From Elsinoe ampelina (Eukaryota), in NCBI GenBank assembly GCA_010093995.1, contig ML992501.1, forward strand, positions 1,925,320 through 1,989,319: 64,000 nucleotides of DNA, given 5' to 3'. The position numbers and the translations under genes were made by a program. Shown one piece after another: positions 60,507 to 64,000 of this stretch (positions are counted from its first letter, which is position 1; each line of letters starts with the position of its first letter). The notes below the pieces were generated by a model. It was given only the letters and a program-made list of their open reading frames with translations. It made no database searches and was not told where the DNA came from.

Positions 60507-61053
60507 ATGGGGGTTAGGGGGGAGTGGGGGGAGAAATGATGAGAGTGGATGCATGTGCTGAGGCTCTGAGATGAGTCGAGGATGGCAGAGATAGATGGTG
60601 CATCATGGAGTATACGTCTTTCATTCTCGTGCATAAACTCCTCGTGTCAGGTGCGACGAAAACGTGCCCGTCCAGAACTGTTGTCTGTACTCATATTTCT
60701 CTGATTCATGAACGAGGAATGCAGAGCATGACCAAATCCATTTTGGCATGACAATGACATTGATTATTCACACGATTATATCAGCAGTCAACATGTTCAC
60801 AACCTTGACAAGATCTATCAAATGCTTCATTCTCAGCCGTATATGACCCTTCTGACAAAGCAGACCCAGTCCGCTCTCGATGCATGCCTCGTCTAATCGT
60901 TACTGATGATGTCTAATGTTACACCGCCATGCGTGCCCAAAAACAAAAATCTACTGCCGTGTCACCGCAAAGGTCATGACACAAAATAAAGAGATGAGAG
61001 AAGATAGCGTACACCCTCCCGACCACCACCGTGGACATGTCCTCAGACGGCAA

Positions 61054-62793
61054 TCACACCTCTCCCCAACCCCCTGCTGCACCACCGGCACCTCCTGCGC
61101 TGGTCACTACGCTTCCTCCCTCGCTGGCACCGGGAAAGTCCCAGTACTTCCTGCTTTGACCCGTGCCGCTGCTTCGTCTGCTGCGTTTGGTGCTCTGGCT
61201 AGCACAACTGCTGCTCCCTTGCCGGCGGTGGAGGACGCCGAGGAGCTCGTTGCGGTGTCTTCGAATCAATGCGCTTTCTCGTCGTCGATCATTCGCTCTG
61301 GACACGAGTGGATGATTTCGTCGGATGAGGTCGGCGCGGCGCTGAGATTCAGGTGAGGTACCGAGAGCAGAGGCTGTGCCATTTGGTGCTGATGACCACG
61401 AGGCAGGAAGCGGACCGGTGGAGGCATTGGGTGATGCGGGAGGTGATGCGAGGAGACGGCGGCGGAGGTATGAGAAGATCATGAATACGGAAGGATTGCT
61501 TTCCCAATATGCAGGATCGTTTGTGGCAGTGGTTTGGGGTTCCTCTTCGATGCCCCACAGGGAGGCGTCACCAGAGATGGGTGATGTGCGGTTCAAGGTC
61601 GGACGAAAGATCGAGGGCAAGGCAGTCTCAAGATCTGCCGGTAGAGGCTCTGGATGCGGTCGTATACCTGAGCTGGCACGTCGGAGTGGTGGTAATTGTT
61701 GGGGATGCCGTGAGGTGTAGGTGCTGAATGCAGATTCCAGCTCCGAAAGCTGGTAGACCAGAATGCCGAGTTCGCGTGCTACTCTCTCAAGAAGCCGTTC
61801 CTCCCAAGTCCTGTCTTGAGCGTCACGGCCAGCATCGGATGCGGCGACTTCGGCAATGGGAGAGTCTTGTGTCGGAGTGTTTGACAATTCTTCCGGAAGA
61901 TCCTCGCCGAATATGACAGACAGAGTGTTCTGGTCCAGACCCATAAGATCACGAATGACCTTGCGAGTGATCCGCTGCCAGAACGACTCTGACTCGACCT
62001 TGGTTTCAGTGTCGCCGACCTCTGTTGCATCGCTTGCATGGCCGGTCATGACTGAAGCAGTCGAGCGTCCCACAACAGCTTCGCGCACATCTGGTGCCGA
62101 TGCGCTTCCTTTGTTCATGCGTCGATATCTGCGCCTCGTCTCACGCTCGATCTCTTCCAAGACTGCCTTGCTCTGCTCTGTCCTCCATCGCTCTACCCGT
62201 AATCTGCGCTCTTCTTGAGGGTCGATCTCGGTGGACTCTCCATTCTCTTCCAGTGCGTCCAGCCTTCGCTGAACACTACTTAATCGGCGGTGTATATGCC
62301 GTCGTTGAGGGTTGTATCTTTCGTGCTGCCACAGCTGTTCTTGAAGAGCATCGTGGTTGCCATTGAAAGTGGCTGGGAAGGCGCCGAGACCGTCATGAGT
62401 CGGCAGTACAGTCCCTCCACTTTGATCTAAATGTGGTGATGGTGGTAATTGAAAGGCATGCAAACCGTCATCGAGACTGTCAAGTTCGGTGCCGTCGTCA
62501 TCGTTGGGGTTGGATATGGTGACTTGGCGAACGATGTGGTCATCACTCTCCAACAGGTCGGAACGAACACCAGTTTCTAATGAACCAAAGTAGGACGCTC
62601 TGGACAAATCTGCTGTTCGAGGTGTTTGTGAAGTGTTTGTCTGCGATGGCGGAGAGAACAAGATCCAGTCTTGTTGTGACTCTTCGAGAGTGCGCTTTCG
62701 CTGTTGGGCCTGTGGTGGGCCTGCTGCGGGGTCTTGTTGATAAGACGGACGACGTTGAGCCTGAGGCCTCTGTTGAGGTTGGCGGAACGCCAT
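61054..62793 (-). CDS. Hypothetical fungal protein, largely disordered
   Basis: 579 aa ATG ORF with ordered-looking islands (DWILFSP, LDSLDDGLHAF, LPTHDGLG, FWQRITRKVIRDLMGLD, WEERLLERVARELG). Confidence 0.8.
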   Translation of the reverse strand: MAFRQPQQRPQAQRRPSYQQDPAAGPPQAQQRKRTLEESQQDWILFSPPSQTNTSQTPRTADLSRASYFGSLETGVRSDLLESDDHIVRQVTISNPNDDDGTELDSLDDGLHAFQLPPSPHLDQSGGTVLPTHDGLGAFPATFNGNHDALQEQLWQHERYNPQRRHIHRRLSSVQRRLDALEENGESTEIDPQEERRLRVERWRTEQSKAVLEEIERETRRRYRRMNKGSASAPDVREAVVGRSTASVMTGHASDATEVGDTETKVESESFWQRITRKVIRDLMGLDQNTLSVIFGEDLPEELSNTPTQDSPIAEVAASDAGRDAQDRTWEERLLERVARELGILVYQLSELESAFSTYTSRHPQQLPPLRRASSGIRPHPEPLPADLETALPSIFRPTLNRTSPISGDASLWGIEEEPQTTATNDPAYWESNPSVFMIFSYLRRRLLASPPASPNASTGPLPASWSSAPNGTASALGTSPESQRRADLIRRNHPLVSRANDRRRESALIRRHRNELLGVLHRRQGSSSCASQSTKRSRRSSGTGQSRKYWDFPGASEGGSVVTSAGGAGGAAGGWGEV

Positions 62794-63135
62794 GATTGAT
62801 GGTAGGAGTCAGACAAGGTCTGGAGTGATGAATGGTATAATATCAGGCGGACGCGGCCAGAAGTCGAGGCTTTGGCAGGGTGCAGTGTGTCAGTTGATGC
62901 TGCGACTCTCGTCACGATGATCGACCAGGAATGACCTTTGTCGGAATGTGGAGATGGCGGTGAGACTGTTGCTCACAACACCTTTTCCACAGTGATGGAT
63001 GTGAAGGAGAGACTCTAGCTTGTCGGACACTCAGGAGAAGACGAGAAGGCGCATCAAAAGGAAGGTGCAGGTGCAGGTGCAGGTGTAGTGTCGTTGTAGA
63101 TCAGGCGATCAAGGGTGTTTCTTCTCTCATTCGGT

Positions 63136-64000
63136 TTAGCCTGGGCTTGCGACAGCGGAGTGGTCTTTGGGCCTCTCTCTCCACCTCCAGAGATTATTCG
63201 CCGGGAACCGTTCTATAAATGCCCCAAGACCCGGACAAACTCGCGATCTTTGCCAGGATGAAGGAATTCTCTGCTCTGTGACTGTGTCGATAGATTGTGT
63301 ACATACTAGTTGTTGTCGTTTTCGCGATATTCCCGAGAGTCTTGGACGACGAATAGCTGGTGTCGTTGTCGCGTCATCGGAGGACAAAGGCACCTCAGGG
63401 CTGTTCTGTTCTTTTACCAATAACTAAATGGAAAGATGTTCCTTTTGCGGAAGGTCACGCTCACGACACGAAACAATCACATTGACAAACAGCTTGAATA
63501 TGCTGGACAAACGCATCTGTTACTCCCGCTTTACCTGGCCCAACATATACATGATTTTAAGCTCCATATGTCCAGTGCTTGCAGGAGCCGGACCGGCATC
63601 GTGGATTGCTATATCGAGATAAGGGGCGTTTCTTGCCAGATACGCGAGCTCGGCGATCCACCTTTATTAGACTTTGGCGACCTTATTTGGGTGATCCGGA
63701 TAACAACTTTTGATACTGACAAGTTCCGAGGATACGTCCATGACAATTCAGTCCTTACAAAAAACACTGTTGTACGTCCATGACAATTCAGTACTCACGA
63801 GAAACACTGTTGTGCGATCCATTCTTCAAGGACATTGTCTGCGCGAGGTATTGCATGGCACATTGTCATTTCTTATTTTTCCTGGTCCCGGCATAATTCC
63901 CAGTCGTCTACTTAGTCATATACTCATTACAGACGTACGCCAACAGTGTATTTGTTGCACGTATCTCTTTCCTCTTTCCTAGCCTCCACGATAGAAAAAG
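63136..64000 (-). pseudogene. Degraded gene relic with RIP-like nonsense changes and a 40-bp frameshifting duplication
   Basis: Minus frame reads ...EYMTK*TTGNY...KK*QCAMQYL...REY*IVMDV[dup]SSELVSIK...KVAKV**RWIAELAYLARNAPYLDIAIH...KRE*QMRL...LSI*LLVKEQ; all stops are compatible with CAA/CAG/CGA C->T changes. Confidence 0.45.
63733..63812. repeat. Imperfect tandem duplication, 2 x 40 bp
   Basis: tacgtccatgacaattcagtccttacaaaaaacactgttg / tacgtccatgacaattcagtactcacgagaaacactgttg. Confidence 0.9.

Noticed and set aside
63733..63812. CRISPR-like repeat
   Set aside because: Two adjacent copies without spacers, no cas genes, eukaryotic context.

Overview
Gene-dense eukaryotic DNA from a filamentous ascomycete (short GT-AG introns with CTRAC/CTAAT branch sites; Eurotiomycetes/Chaetothyriales is only a guess). 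Most of the window is housekeeping genes: AVO2-like ankyrin protein, a lysophospholipid acyltransferase, kinesin-10, SEC24, ATG9, a phosphohexomutase, an EI24 protein, SKN7, CHL1, VMA12, COQ1, GDH2, an Ariadne/HEL1 E3 ligase, GCD6, RPL30 and RPL10. RIP-like relics lie at both ends. The standout is a ~14 kb accessory island between SEC24 and ATG9 (about 14.3-28.2 kb), which the ORF track fragments because of introns. Spliced by hand it gives four intact-looking genes. (1) A multidomain subtilisin (S8) protease of the kind usually paired with fungal gasdermins. (2) Head-to-head with it, a fusion of a helical (HeLo-like) N-terminus, C2H2 zinc fingers and a CorA-like GMN channel domain. (3) An NLR (alpha/beta-hydrolase + NB-ARC + TPR). 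(4) A second, paralogous CorA-like channel. I saw no gasdermin, so this is a candidate NLR/protease/CorA immune or cell-death system. Other notable signals are an apparent ACG-initiated, NLS-bearing N-terminal extension of the HEL1/Ariadne ligase and repeated sharp C-rich to G-rich strand-skew switches that ignore gene orientation. All gene models and domain calls are by eye; no database searches were run.
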